A stretch of DNA of 64,000 bases from an uncultured Anaerolineaceae bacterium. Lineage in GTDB: Bacteria; Chloroflexota; Limnocylindria; Limnocylindrales; CSP1-4. Within the stretch, counting starts at the first letter, position 1. Every line of letters begins with the position of its first letter. The stretch is taken from NCBI GenBank assembly GCA_964393345.1, contig CAYMTJ010000003.1:23318-87317 (forward strand), written 5' to 3'. Shown piece after piece: positions 1 to 9,379 of this stretch. The position numbers and the translations under genes are program-made. Under the pieces are notes generated by a model that worked only from the letters and a program-made list of their open reading frames with translations, did not search any database and was not told where the DNA came from.

Positions 1-1407
1 GACGGGCACGACTTCGTCGCGGCGGCGGCGTCGGCCGGCGCCGCGGTCGCCATCGTCGAGCGCGCCCTGCCGGACGTGGCGATCGCGCAGGTCGTCGTCG
101 ACCGGAGCCAGTTCGCGATCGCCGACGCCGCCACCTGGTGGTACGAGGACCCGAGTCACGAGCTGGCCGTGGTGGGGGTCACCGGGACGGACGGCAAGAC
201 CACGACCGGGTTCCTCGCGACGGCCGCGCTCGAAGCCGCCGGGATCCGGACCGGGATGATCGGCACCGCGGCGACGCGCATCGGCGGTCGACAGGAGCCC
301 AACGACGTCCACGCCACGACCCCGGCGGCACCGCTCCTCCAGGCGGCGCTGCGCTCGATGCGGCTCGCCGGCGACCGCGCCGCCGTGGTCGAGACCACGT
401 CGCACGGCCTCGCCCTCGAGCGGGTCGGCGGGATCGCCTATGACATCGCGATCCTGACGAACCTCACGCACGAGCACCTCGACTTCCATCGAACGTGGGA
501 GGCCTATCGGGACGCCAAGCTCTCGCTCTTCGAGCGACTCGGGCCCCGCGGTACCACGCAGGCCGGGCGTCCCTCGAAACCCGCCGACCGGTCCTGGCCG
601 GCCACCGGGATCATCAACGCCGATGACCCCTCGGCGGGTCGCTTCATCGGGGTCACCCAGGAAGCGGGCGCCCGCGTCGTGACCTACGGGACGGACCCGG
701 GTGCCGACGTCCGGGCGACGCGCGTCGAGGAGGCCGCCGCCGGCCTTCGGATCTCGGTCGCGACGCCCTCGGGGACGGCGACGGTGCAGCTTCGCATCGG
801 CGGCCGGTTCAACGTGCACAACGCGCTCGCGGTGATCGCGCTCGGCGAGGCGATCGGACTCGACCCGGGCGCGATCCGCGCCGGTCTCGAGTCCGTCGAG
901 CGCGTGCCGGGGCGCATGGAGCGGATCGACCTCGGCCAGCCCTTCGCGGTGATCGTGGACTACGCCCACAGTCCCGCGTCGCTCGAGGCCGTCCTCGACG
1001 GGCTCGCGCCGACGACCGCGGCACGTGGCGGCGGGATCATCGTGGTCTTCGGGTCCGCCGGGGAGCGGGATACCGCCAAGCGCCCGATCATGGGTCGGAT
1101 CGCCGGGGAGCGCGCGCGTCTCGTGATCGTCACCGAGGAGGATCCGCGCGGCGAGGACCCCCGCGAGATCGACGAGGCCATCGCGCGCGGCGCAGAAGCC
1201 GCCGGTCGCCGGCGGGACCACGATCTCTTCCTGATCGGCGACCGTCGCGCGGCCATCGCGGCCGCCCTGGAGCGCGCCAGACCCGGCGACACGGTCGTGC
1301 TGGCCGGGAAGGGGCACGAGCCCTCGATCATCGGGCCCCAGGGACCGCGACCGTGGGACGAACGGATGGAGGCCATGGCGGCCCTTCGGGCCCTCGGGTT
1401 CGGCTGA
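1..1407 (+). CDS. murE: UDP-N-acetylmuramoyl-tripeptide ligase, MurE-type Mur ligase; 5' partial, frame continues from window start
   Basis: Frame 1 is open from base 1 (DGHDFVAAAASAGAAV...). Mur ligase P-loop VVGVTGTDGKTTT, central motif TNLTHEHLDFH, C-terminal block VDYAHSPASLEAV...VVFGSAGERD...KRPIMG typical of MurE. Stop TGA at 1405-1407. Confidence 0.8.
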   Translation, partial: DGHDFVAAAASAGAAVAIVERALPDVAIAQVVVDRSQFAIADAATWWYEDPSHELAVVGVTGTDGKTTTGFLATAALEAAGIRTGMIGTAATRIGGRQEPNDVHATTPAAPLLQAALRSMRLAGDRAAVVETTSHGLALERVGGIAYDIAILTNLTHEHLDFHRTWEAYRDAKLSLFERLGPRGTTQAGRPSKPADRSWPATGIINADDPSAGRFIGVTQEAGARVVTYGTDPGADVRATRVEEAAAGLRISVATPSGTATVQLRIGGRFNVHNALAVIALGEAIGLDPGAIRAGLESVERVPGRMERIDLGQPFAVIVDYAHSPASLEAVLDGLAPTTAARGGGIIVVFGSAGERDTAKRPIMGRIAGERARLVIVTEEDPRGEDPREIDEAIARGAEAAGRRRDHDLFLIGDRRAAIAAALERARPGDTVVLAGKGHEPSIIGPQGPRPWDERMEAMAALRALGFG

Positions 1408-1430
1408 GCCCCGCTGTATCCTTGCCGCCC

Positions 1431-3689
1431 ATGGCCACGACCACGCCACGCACGAAGACCAGCGCCGAGGACGCCCCGGCCAAGCGCCGCGGGCCGCGTC
1501 GCGCCCCGGCCGTGCCGCGCGGACCCGAAGGCGGCGACCCGGATCTCGAGGCGATGCGCACCGCGCTGGTGACCTCCCTCGCCGGGCATCACGCCTCGGC
1601 GGACCTCGCACCCGTCCACCGGGCGTTCGACTTGGCCGTCGAGGCGCACGCCGGGCAGCGTCGGGCCACCGGTGAGCCCTACGTGACCCACCCGATCGCG
1701 TCGGCGCAGATCCTCGCGGACCTCGGGATCGACCCGATCGCCATCGAGGCGGCCCTGCTCCATGACGTGCCCGAGGACACCGAGTACAGCCTGACCGACG
1801 TCGAGGAGCGTTTCGGGGCCGAAGTCGCGCACCTCGTGGACGGTGTCACCAAGCTGTCCAAGTTCAGCACGCACAGTCACGAGCAGCAGCAGGCCGAGAA
1901 CATCCGCAAGATGCTCCTGGCCATGGCCCAGGACATCCGGGTCGTGCTCATCAAGCTCGCGGACCGGCTCCACAACATGCGCACGCTGCACGGCCTGCCG
2001 CGCGAGAAGCAGCAGCGCATCGCGCACCAGACGATGGAGATCTACGCCCCCCTCGCCGAGCGGCTGGGGATCTGGCAGATCAAGTGGGAACTCGAGGACC
2101 TCGCGTTCAAGGCGCTCGAGCCCGAGCGCTTCCGCGATCTGGCCAAGCTGCTGGACACGCGCCGCAAGGGTCGCGAGACCTACATCGAGCGGGCGATCGC
2201 CGAGCTCGAGCCGAAACTCGAGGCCGCGGGGATCAAGGCCGACATCGAAGGCCGCCCGAAGCACATCTACAGCATCTGGAAGAAGATGCAGCGCAAGAGC
2301 GCGGAGTTCGGCGAGATCTACGACGTCTACGCCATCCGCCTGCTCGTCGACGACGTCCGCGACTGCTACGCGGCGCTCGGCATCGTCCACTCGATCTGGC
2401 GACCCATCCCCGGCCAGTTCGACGACTACATCGCCGTCCCCAAGAACAACCTCTATCAGTCGCTCCACACCGCCGTGATCGCGCTCGACGGCAAGCCCCT
2501 CGAGATCCAGATCCGGACCAAGGGGATGCATCAGGTCTCCGAGGTCGGCATCGCCGCGCACTGGCGCTACAAGGAGGGGACCAAGTCGGACCGCGAGTAT
2601 GACGCCAAGCTCGCCTGGCTCCGCCAGCTGCTCGATTGGCAGCGCGACGTGTCCGACTCCGACGCCACCGAGTTCGTCGAGGGCATCAAGCTCGACATCT
2701 TCCAGGACCAGGTCTTCGTGTTCACGCCCAAGGGTGACATCAAGGACCTGCCCGCCGGCGCCACGCCGCTCGACTTCGCGTACCGGATTCACACCGACGT
2801 CGGCCATCGGACGATCGGCGCCAAGGTCAACAACCGGCTGGTCCCGCTCGACTACCGGCTCAAGAACGGCGACATCGTCGAGATCGTGACGACCAAGGGC
2901 GAGCACGGTCCCTCGCGCGACTGGATGAACGTGGTGCGGACCAGCCACGCTCGCGAGAAGATCCGCCAGTGGTTCAAGCGCAAGGACCGCGACGAGAACA
3001 TCGTCCACGGGAAGGAGTCCCTGGAGCGGGAACTCCGTCGACTCGCGCGGACCTCGATCGCGACGGTGGGCGTGGATCGGATCCTCGACGTGGCCAGGGC
3101 CTACAACCACGACACGGTCGACGACTTCTATGCCGCGATCGGCTATGGCGCCGTGGGCGCCCAGACCGTCGTCATGCGGCTCGGGGTGGTGGACGACGGT
3201 CAGAGCACGCTGCCGACGGTCGCGCCTCCCCAGCAGACGCAGCGATCCGGCGGTGTGCGGGTCAAGGGCGTCGGCGATCTGCTCGTCCGGTTCGCCAAAT
3301 GCTGCAGCCCGATCCCGGGGGACCCGATCGTGGGCTTCATCACGCGCGGCAAGGGCGTGACCGTCCACCTCCGGGCCTGCCCCACGGTCGTCAACGAGCG
3401 CGAGGTCAGCCGGCTCATCGAAGTCGAGTGGGAGGCGGAACCCACCCAGAGCTATCCCATCGCGATCCGCGTGGAGGCGTATGACCGGACGGGCCTGCTG
3501 TCGGACATCACGCAGGTCGTGGCGGAGAACCGTGTGAACATCCTCGCGGCCCAGGTCGGCGTCACGTCCGATCACACCGCGGTGGTCACCGCGACGCTCC
3601 AGGTCCAGTCGGTCTCGCAGCTCGCCCGCGTCATGAGCCGGATCGAGACGCTCAAGGACGTCATCAGCGTCCAGCGCGACCTCGGGTAG
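1431..3689 (+). CDS. rel: Bifunctional (p)ppGpp synthetase/hydrolase Rel (HD + RelA/SpoT synthetase + TGS + ACT domains)
   Basis: ORF 1353..3689. HD hydrolase motifs (HDVPEDT), synthetase region (YQSLHTAVI..., DGKPLEIQIRT), TGS (VFVFTPKGD), C-terminal ACT-like region. Start placed at ATG 1431 (MATTTPRTK), the first in-frame ATG. Confidence 0.85.
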   Translation: MATTTPRTKTSAEDAPAKRRGPRRAPAVPRGPEGGDPDLEAMRTALVTSLAGHHASADLAPVHRAFDLAVEAHAGQRRATGEPYVTHPIASAQILADLGIDPIAIEAALLHDVPEDTEYSLTDVEERFGAEVAHLVDGVTKLSKFSTHSHEQQQAENIRKMLLAMAQDIRVVLIKLADRLHNMRTLHGLPREKQQRIAHQTMEIYAPLAERLGIWQIKWELEDLAFKALEPERFRDLAKLLDTRRKGRETYIERAIAELEPKLEAAGIKADIEGRPKHIYSIWKKMQRKSAEFGEIYDVYAIRLLVDDVRDCYAALGIVHSIWRPIPGQFDDYIAVPKNNLYQSLHTAVIALDGKPLEIQIRTKGMHQVSEVGIAAHWRYKEGTKSDREYDAKLAWLRQLLDWQRDVSDSDATEFVEGIKLDIFQDQVFVFTPKGDIKDLPAGATPLDFAYRIHTDVGHRTIGAKVNNRLVPLDYRLKNGDIVEIVTTKGEHGPSRDWMNVVRTSHAREKIRQWFKRKDRDENIVHGKESLERELRRLARTSIATVGVDRILDVARAYNHDTVDDFYAAIGYGAVGAQTVVMRLGVVDDGQSTLPTVAPPQQTQRSGGVRVKGVGDLLVRFAKCCSPIPGDPIVGFITRGKGVTVHLRACPTVVNEREVSRLIEVEWEAEPTQSYPIAIRVEAYDRTGLLSDITQVVAENRVNILAAQVGVTSDHTAVVTATLQVQSVSQLARVMSRIETLKDVISVQRDLG

Positions 3690-3700
3690 CCGCGGACCGT

Positions 3701-5008
3701 ATGCGGACGATCCGCGCCCCCCGAGGCACCCGGGACCTCCTGCCCGCCGAGACCCCCACCTGGACGCGAGTCGAACGCCTCGCGGCGGACCTGGCCGCGC
3801 GCTATGGCTACCGCCGCATCGAGACCCCGCTGTTCGAGCTTGCCGAAGTCTTCGAGCGGGGCGTCGGCGAGGTCACGGACATCGTCGAGAAGGAGCTGTT
3901 CCGCCTCGCGCCGCGGACCGAGGAATCGGACGCGTGGTCCCTCCGGCCGGAGCCGACGGCCGGGATCATGCGCGCGTATGTCCAGCACGGGATGCAGACG
4001 TGGCCACAGCCCGTGAAGCTGACGCTGATCGGCCCGATGTTCCGCTACGACCGCCCCCAGGCGGGTCGGTATCGGCAGTTCTGGCAGTTCGACGTGGAGG
4101 CGGTCGGTGACCCGGGTCCGGCCGTGGACGCGGAGATCATCGAGCTCGGCACCCGGTTCTACCGCGACGCCGGTCTCGACGGGGTCCAGGTCCTGCTCAA
4201 CTCGATCGGCGATCCGGTGTGTCGCCCCGCGTACCTCGCCGAGCTGACGGCCTACTACGAAGGCCGCCTCGCGGATCTGCCCGCGCTCGAGCAGGAGCGA
4301 CTCGCGCGGAACGTCATGCGCCTGCTCGACTCCAAGGATCCCGCGATGGCCGCCGTCAACGCGGAGGCACCGCGGATCACGAACCGGCTGTGCGAGCCGT
4401 GCGCCGACCACTTCCGCGCGGTCCGCGCCCACCTCGATGCGCTCGGCGTCGAGTACCGGCTCGAACCGGGGCTCGTCCGGGGCCTCGACTACTACACGCG
4501 GACGGCCTTCGAGTACTACCTCACCGGGCGGGAGGGTCAGCAGCAGGCGCTCGGCGGCGGCGGCCGGTACGACGGGCTGGTCGAGCTCCTGGGTGGGCGA
4601 CCGACGCCGGGCATCGGGTTCGGGATCGGGCTGGATCGGCTGGTGATCGCGCTGGCGGCGACGGGTCAGACGCCGGACGCCGATCCCGCCCCGGTCGCGG
4701 TGGTCGTGGGCGCTGATCCCGGCGACACCGCCGGCCGCCTGCGGATCGCGACCGACCTGCGAGCCGCCGGTCTGGCGGCCCGGGCCGAGCTCTCACCGCG
4801 CAAGCTCGGCAAGCAACTCGAATCCGCGTCGCGCGACGGTGCGCACTTCGCGGTGATCCTCGGGGACGAACTCGCCGACGGCGAGGTCCAACTCCGCGAT
4901 CTGCCGGCCGGGACGCAGAAGGCGATCCCGGTCGCCGACCTCGCGCGCGAAGTGACGCGGGCCCATGCCGCGCATCGCCATGGCGCCGCGGGACCGGGCG
5001 GAGCGTGA
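3701..5008 (+). CDS. hisS: Histidine--tRNA ligase
   Basis: MRTIRAPRGTRDLLP N-terminus and class II aaRS motifs (FRYDRPQAGRYRQFWQFDVE, GGGRYDGL) typical of HisRS; 435 aa. Confidence 0.9.
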   Translation: MRTIRAPRGTRDLLPAETPTWTRVERLAADLAARYGYRRIETPLFELAEVFERGVGEVTDIVEKELFRLAPRTEESDAWSLRPEPTAGIMRAYVQHGMQTWPQPVKLTLIGPMFRYDRPQAGRYRQFWQFDVEAVGDPGPAVDAEIIELGTRFYRDAGLDGVQVLLNSIGDPVCRPAYLAELTAYYEGRLADLPALEQERLARNVMRLLDSKDPAMAAVNAEAPRITNRLCEPCADHFRAVRAHLDALGVEYRLEPGLVRGLDYYTRTAFEYYLTGREGQQQALGGGGRYDGLVELLGGRPTPGIGFGIGLDRLVIALAATGQTPDADPAPVAVVVGADPGDTAGRLRIATDLRAAGLAARAELSPRKLGKQLESASRDGAHFAVILGDELADGEVQLRDLPAGTQKAIPVADLAREVTRAHAAHRHGAAGPGGA

Positions 5009-5775
5009 ACCCCGCGCTCGACGGGCTGCGCGATCACGAGCGGCGCAATCAGGCCGAGTGGGACGCCGACGCCGACGACTACCAGGCACGCCATGCCGCG
5101 CAGCTCGACACGCACGCCGGCCTGGCCTGGGGCGTGTACCAGATCCCCGAGGCCGATCTCCGGATCCTCGGCGACGTCGCCGGCCTGGACGTGCTCGAAC
5201 TCGGTTGCGGGGCGGCCCAGTGGTCGATCGCCCTCGCCCGGCTCGGCGCCCGGCCGGTCGGCCTGGATCTCTCCGGCCGCCAGCTGGAGCATGCCCGCCG
5301 CGCGATCGAAGCGGCGGGGCTCGACATCCCGCTCGTCCACGCCAGCGCCGAGGCCGTGCCGCTGCCCGACTCGAGCTTCGACATCGTGTTCTGCGACCAC
5401 GGCGCGATGACCTTCGCCGACCCGTACCGGACCGTGCCGGAGGTCGCTCGGCTGCTGCGACCGGGCGGCCTGTTCGCGTTCAGCCAGGGCTCGACGATCG
5501 CGGACCTGGTCTGGCCGGAGGGTGCCGACGCCCCCGGCGATCGACTGATCCGCGACTACTTCGGGCTGCACCGGATCGAAGAGGATGACGAGGTCATCTT
5601 CAACCTGCCGTACGGCGAATGGATCCGCCTGTTCCGCGCGAACGGCCTGGAGATCCTCGACCTGATCGAGCCCCCGGCGCCGGCGGATGCGACGAGCTCG
5701 TATCGCGACGCCGCGACGATCGCCTGGTCCCAGCGCTGGCCCGGCGAATCGATCTGGCGCCTCCGTCGCACCTGA
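5005..5775 (+). CDS. Class I SAM-dependent methyltransferase (Methyltransf_11-like)
   Basis: Motif I VLELGCGAAQWSIALARLGARPVGLDLS and the acidic post-I motif; GTG start overlaps the hisS stop (GTGA). Confidence 0.65.
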   Translation: MNPALDGLRDHERRNQAEWDADADDYQARHAAQLDTHAGLAWGVYQIPEADLRILGDVAGLDVLELGCGAAQWSIALARLGARPVGLDLSGRQLEHARRAIEAAGLDIPLVHASAEAVPLPDSSFDIVFCDHGAMTFADPYRTVPEVARLLRPGGLFAFSQGSTIADLVWPEGADAPGDRLIRDYFGLHRIEEDDEVIFNLPYGEWIRLFRANGLEILDLIEPPAPADATSSYRDAATIAWSQRWPGESIWRLRRT

Positions 5776-5825
5776 CCGTCCGGCGACCTCGGTCCCCGCG
5801 GCCGTTCGACTACCATACGGCGGCC

Positions 5826-7700
5826 ATGACCCACCCCCAGACCAGCCTGGCCACGCCGTACCGGACGCACACGAACGGGGAGCTGCGCGGCGCCGATGCC
5901 GGGATCGACGCGCGGCTGGCGGGCTGGGTCCATCGACGGCGGGACTACGGTGGCCTGATCTTCATCGACCTGCGCGACCGGCACGGGATCACCCAGGTGG
6001 TCTTCGATGCCGAGGACACGTCGGCCGAGGCCCTGGACGCGGCGGGCCGGCTTCGCTCCGAATTCGTCGTCGCCGTTCGTGGCACCGTGGCGCGACGCCT
6101 GGCGGGGACCGAGAACGCGAAGCTCCCGACCGGCGACATCGAACTTCGGGCGACCGAGCTCGAGATCCTGTCGGAGTCGAAGACACCGCCGTTCTACATC
6201 AACGAGCCCGACGCCCCGGTGGACGAGAGCCTGCGGCTCAAGTACCGCTACCTCGACGTCCGCCGGCAGCCGCTTGCCGACCGCCTGCTGCTCCGTTCGA
6301 GGATGGTCCAGGCGATCCGGGAGGTCCATCACGCGCACGGGTTCGTCGAAGTCGAGACGCCGACGCTCATCAAGAGCACGCCGGAGGGGGCGAGGGACTT
6401 CATCGTCCCGTCGAGGCTTCAGCCGGGGAGCGTCTACGCGCTGCCCCAGAGTCCGCAGCAACTCAAGCAGCTGCTCATGGTCGGCGGGATCGACCGCTAC
6501 TTCCAGATCGCGCGCTGCTATCGCGACGAGGACCTGCGCGGCGACCGCCAGCCCGAGTTCACCCAGCTCGACCTCGAGATGAGCTTCGTCGATGAGGCGA
6601 CGGTCATGGGCTTCGTGGAGACGATGGCGATCGCGGTATCGGCCGCCACCACGCCGGACCGTCCCATCCTTCGGACGCCCTTCCCGGTGTTCACCTACGA
6701 CGAGGCCCTCGCGCGCTACGGCTCGGACAAGCCGGACATCCGCTTCGGGATGGAGCTCGTCGACCTCGCGCCCGCGCTGGTCGATGCGAGCGGCGCGCCG
6801 TCGTCCGGGTTCGGCGTCTTCGATGGCGCGCTCGCGGCGGGTGGTCGCGTCCAGGCGATCGTCGCACCGGGCATGGCCGCCATCACGCGTCGCGAGATCG
6901 ACGAGCTGACCGACCGCGCGAAGCGGTTCGGCGCGAGAGGACTGGCGTATCTCGCCTTGGAGCCCGGCGGCGAGGTCAAGGGTCCCATCGCGAAGTTCCT
7001 CGCCGATGACACGCAGCGGGCGCTGATCGAGCGCAGCGGGGCAGGGGAGGGCGACCTCATCCTGATCGTCGCGGATACGGCGGCGGTGGCCGCGGACGTC
7101 CTCGGTCGGCTGCGCGTGGGACTCGGCGACCAGCTCGGGCTGGCCGACCCGAACGTGCTCGCTTATGTCTGGGTCCACCGCTTCCCGATGTACGGCTGGG
7201 ACGCCGACAACGGGCGCTGGGATGCCACGCACAACCCGTTCTCCGGGGTGGTCCCCGAGGACGAACCGCTCCTTGCGACGGCATCGGGCGATCCGGCCCG
7301 ACCCTCTCCGGAGGACCCGGCGGGGCGCGCCCGCGCGCTCCAGTACGACCTCGCCCTCAACGGCTGGGAGTTGGGCGGCGGATCGATCCGGATCCACCGT
7401 CGGGCCCTGCTCGAGCGCAGCTTCGCCCTCCAGGGCCAGACCGCCGACGGGATGCGCGAGAAGTTCGGTGCGGTGCTCGACGCGTTCGAGTACGGCGCCC
7501 CGCCGCACGGCGGGATCGCGCTCGGCATCGATCGCTGGGCGGCGCTGTTCGCGAAGCAGACGAACATCCGCGAGGTGATGGCGTTCCCGAAGACGCAGTC
7601 CGGCGGCGACCTGATGCTCGAGGCGCCGTCGCCCCCGGAGACCTCGCAGTACGAGGAGCTCGGTCTTCGCTTCGTCGGCGTTCCCGACCGAACGGCGTGA
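5826..7700 (+). CDS. aspS: Aspartate--tRNA ligase
   Basis: ORF 5619..7700; start placed at ATG 5826 (MTHPQTS). OB-fold N-domain (GWVHRRRDYGGLIFIDLRDRHG), class II motifs (FQIARCYRDEDLRGDRQPEFTQLD; GGGSIRIHR; PPHGGIALGIDR). Confidence 0.9.
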   Translation: MTHPQTSLATPYRTHTNGELRGADAGIDARLAGWVHRRRDYGGLIFIDLRDRHGITQVVFDAEDTSAEALDAAGRLRSEFVVAVRGTVARRLAGTENAKLPTGDIELRATELEILSESKTPPFYINEPDAPVDESLRLKYRYLDVRRQPLADRLLLRSRMVQAIREVHHAHGFVEVETPTLIKSTPEGARDFIVPSRLQPGSVYALPQSPQQLKQLLMVGGIDRYFQIARCYRDEDLRGDRQPEFTQLDLEMSFVDEATVMGFVETMAIAVSAATTPDRPILRTPFPVFTYDEALARYGSDKPDIRFGMELVDLAPALVDASGAPSSGFGVFDGALAAGGRVQAIVAPGMAAITRREIDELTDRAKRFGARGLAYLALEPGGEVKGPIAKFLADDTQRALIERSGAGEGDLILIVADTAAVAADVLGRLRVGLGDQLGLADPNVLAYVWVHRFPMYGWDADNGRWDATHNPFSGVVPEDEPLLATASGDPARPSPEDPAGRARALQYDLALNGWELGGGSIRIHRRALLERSFALQGQTADGMREKFGAVLDAFEYGAPPHGGIALGIDRWAALFAKQTNIREVMAFPKTQSGGDLMLEAPSPPETSQYEELGLRFVGVPDRTA

Positions 7701-7779
7701 CCCTCCGGGCCGCTCACGAGGCCTCCGCCTGAACGCGATCCTCGCGGTCATCGACCGGCTGTCCGCCAGGCCCCGGCTG

Positions 7780-8664
7780 GTGGCGCTCGTCGGCGCGGCG
7801 TTCATCGCGTTCTCCGGGATCTTCTACCGGTTCGCCGAGGTCTCGCCGTCGACCGGGACGGTGTTCCGCGCGGCGTTCGGGCTCCCGCTCCTCGGGCTGG
7901 TGGCCTACGCCGAGCACCGCCGGCACGGTCCGCTGCCGGCCGCCACGGTCCGGCTGGCGGCGATCGCCGGGGTCTTCTTCGCTGCGGACCTGCTGTTCTG
8001 GCACCACGCCATCGAGGCGGTGGGAGCCGGTCTCGCGACGGTCCTGGGCAACCTCCAGGTGATCATCGTCGGCGTCTTCGCGTGGCTGATCTACGGGGAG
8101 CGTCCGTCCCGCGCCATCCTGGTCGCGCTGCCGGTCGTCCTGACTGGGGTCGTGCTGATCTCCGGGGTCGTGGGCGCGGGGGCGTATGGTGCGGCACCGG
8201 CGCTCGGGGTCGTCCTGGGCGTCGCGACGGCGATCTGCTACTCGGCCTACCTGATCCTCATGCGCTTCGGGGGACGGGACGCCGTCCGGCCGGCGGGACC
8301 GGTCACGATCGCGACGATCTCCCTGGTCCTGACCGCGGCCGTGGTCGGCGGGATCATGGGCGACCTCGACCTGACGCCGGAACCGGCGAGTCTCGGGTGG
8401 CTGGCCCTGCTGGGGACCACGTCCCAGTTCGCGGGGTACCTGCTGATCTCGATCTCGCTCCCGCGCCTGCCCGCGGTGGTGACCTCGATCATCCTGCTGG
8501 CGCAGCCGGTGATGTCGGTGATCCTCTCGATGCTGCTGCTGGGTGAGAGCCCGTCGATCACGCAGCTCATCGGGGTCGTCCTGATCGTGGGGGGGATCGC
8601 CGCGGCGACGGTCCCGCTGGCACGTCTGCGCGACGGTCTGCGCCGGTCGCCCGCTCCAGGCTGA
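7780..8664 (+). CDS. EamA/DMT-family transporter
   Basis: Hydrophobic 10-TM-like pattern with duplicated EamA halves; 294 aa from GTG 7780. The frame is open upstream back to aspS, so the true start (possibly non-ATG) is uncertain. Confidence 0.6.
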   Translation: MALVGAAFIAFSGIFYRFAEVSPSTGTVFRAAFGLPLLGLVAYAEHRRHGPLPAATVRLAAIAGVFFAADLLFWHHAIEAVGAGLATVLGNLQVIIVGVFAWLIYGERPSRAILVALPVVLTGVVLISGVVGAGAYGAAPALGVVLGVATAICYSAYLILMRFGGRDAVRPAGPVTIATISLVLTAAVVGGIMGDLDLTPEPASLGWLALLGTTSQFAGYLLISISLPRLPAVVTSIILLAQPVMSVILSMLLLGESPSITQLIGVVLIVGGIAAATVPLARLRDGLRRSPAPG

Positions 8665-8670
8665 CGGGCG

Positions 8671-9327
8671 TCAGGGTCCGGCGAGCCCGGCTTCGGATTC
8701 GACGTCCTCGCCCCATTCGTGGCGATGCCCGCCCGGCGGGTCCGGTGGTCCCTCGTAGGCCGGCAGGGTATCGAGCGCGGTCGCCGCGTCGTGGACGACG
8801 CCGGGGTCGCCGACCTCCACGAGCCTCGTCGGCAGACCCGCGGCCAGCGCCGCCAGGACACCGTCGAGCGTCCCGCCCGGCGTCATCCCTCCGAGCGCGC
8901 GCGCCCCGGCCGATGGCACCAGCACCGGCCAGCCGGGATCACCGTGCCACGCCGGCCGGAGCAGCGTGCCCGGGTCCGTGCCATGGGTCTCGATCATCGA
9001 GGTGATGGTCTCGGGTCCCACCCACGCCATCCGGGCCGGCCACACCAGGGCGCCGCTCAGGTCGTGCACTTCAGCCATCGCGAGATCCAGGCCGGCACGC
9101 AGGGCGTCGAGGATATCGGGCGTGCCGCCGGGCGGGGCGGCGTGGCTGGCCTCACTGCCGGTCAGCGCCGTCGCCACCGCGCCGTCCGGGTCGGCCGACA
9201 CGACGACGATCGGGAGCGCCCCGCCGGCCCACGCCAGATCCGCCAGTCGCCGGATGCGTGGCTGACCGAACGTCGGGGCGAGCGCCTCGTCGACGCTCTC
9301 GGGCAGGATGACGGCGGCCACGGTCAC
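8671..9327 (-). CDS. MobA-like NTP-transferase domain protein (molybdenum cofactor cytidylyl/guanylyltransferase family)
   Basis: Minus-strand ORF 8671..9597, trimmed to GTG 9327 (VTVAAVILPES...). N-terminal AAVIL...GQPRIRRLADLAWAGGALPIVVVSAD pattern resembles NTP_transf_3 / MobA / MocA. The + strand alternative (8719..9540) is an Arg-rich low-complexity frame. Divergent from typA. Confidence 0.5.
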   Translation of the reverse strand: MTVAAVILPESVDEALAPTFGQPRIRRLADLAWAGGALPIVVVSADPDGAVATALTGSEASHAAPPGGTPDILDALRAGLDLAMAEVHDLSGALVWPARMAWVGPETITSMIETHGTDPGTLLRPAWHGDPGWPVLVPSAGARALGGMTPGGTLDGVLAALAAGLPTRLVEVGDPGVVHDAATALDTLPAYEGPPDPPGGHRHEWGEDVESEAGLAGP

Positions 9328-9379
9328 GAGGGGAGGGTACGGCACCGGAACGGACGATGTGCGACACTGCGCCCCGCCC

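Noticed and set aside
960-3575. 871-aa minus-strand ORF antisense to murE and rel
   Set aside because: The translation is Arg/Pro/Gly-rich low complexity, typical of antisense frames at 72% GC. The + strand genes have unambiguous family motifs. The same reasoning applies to minus ORFs 5556..7805, 12679..14166, 21730..23595, 25093..26925, 31217..33058, 34182..36191, 57300..59912 and others.
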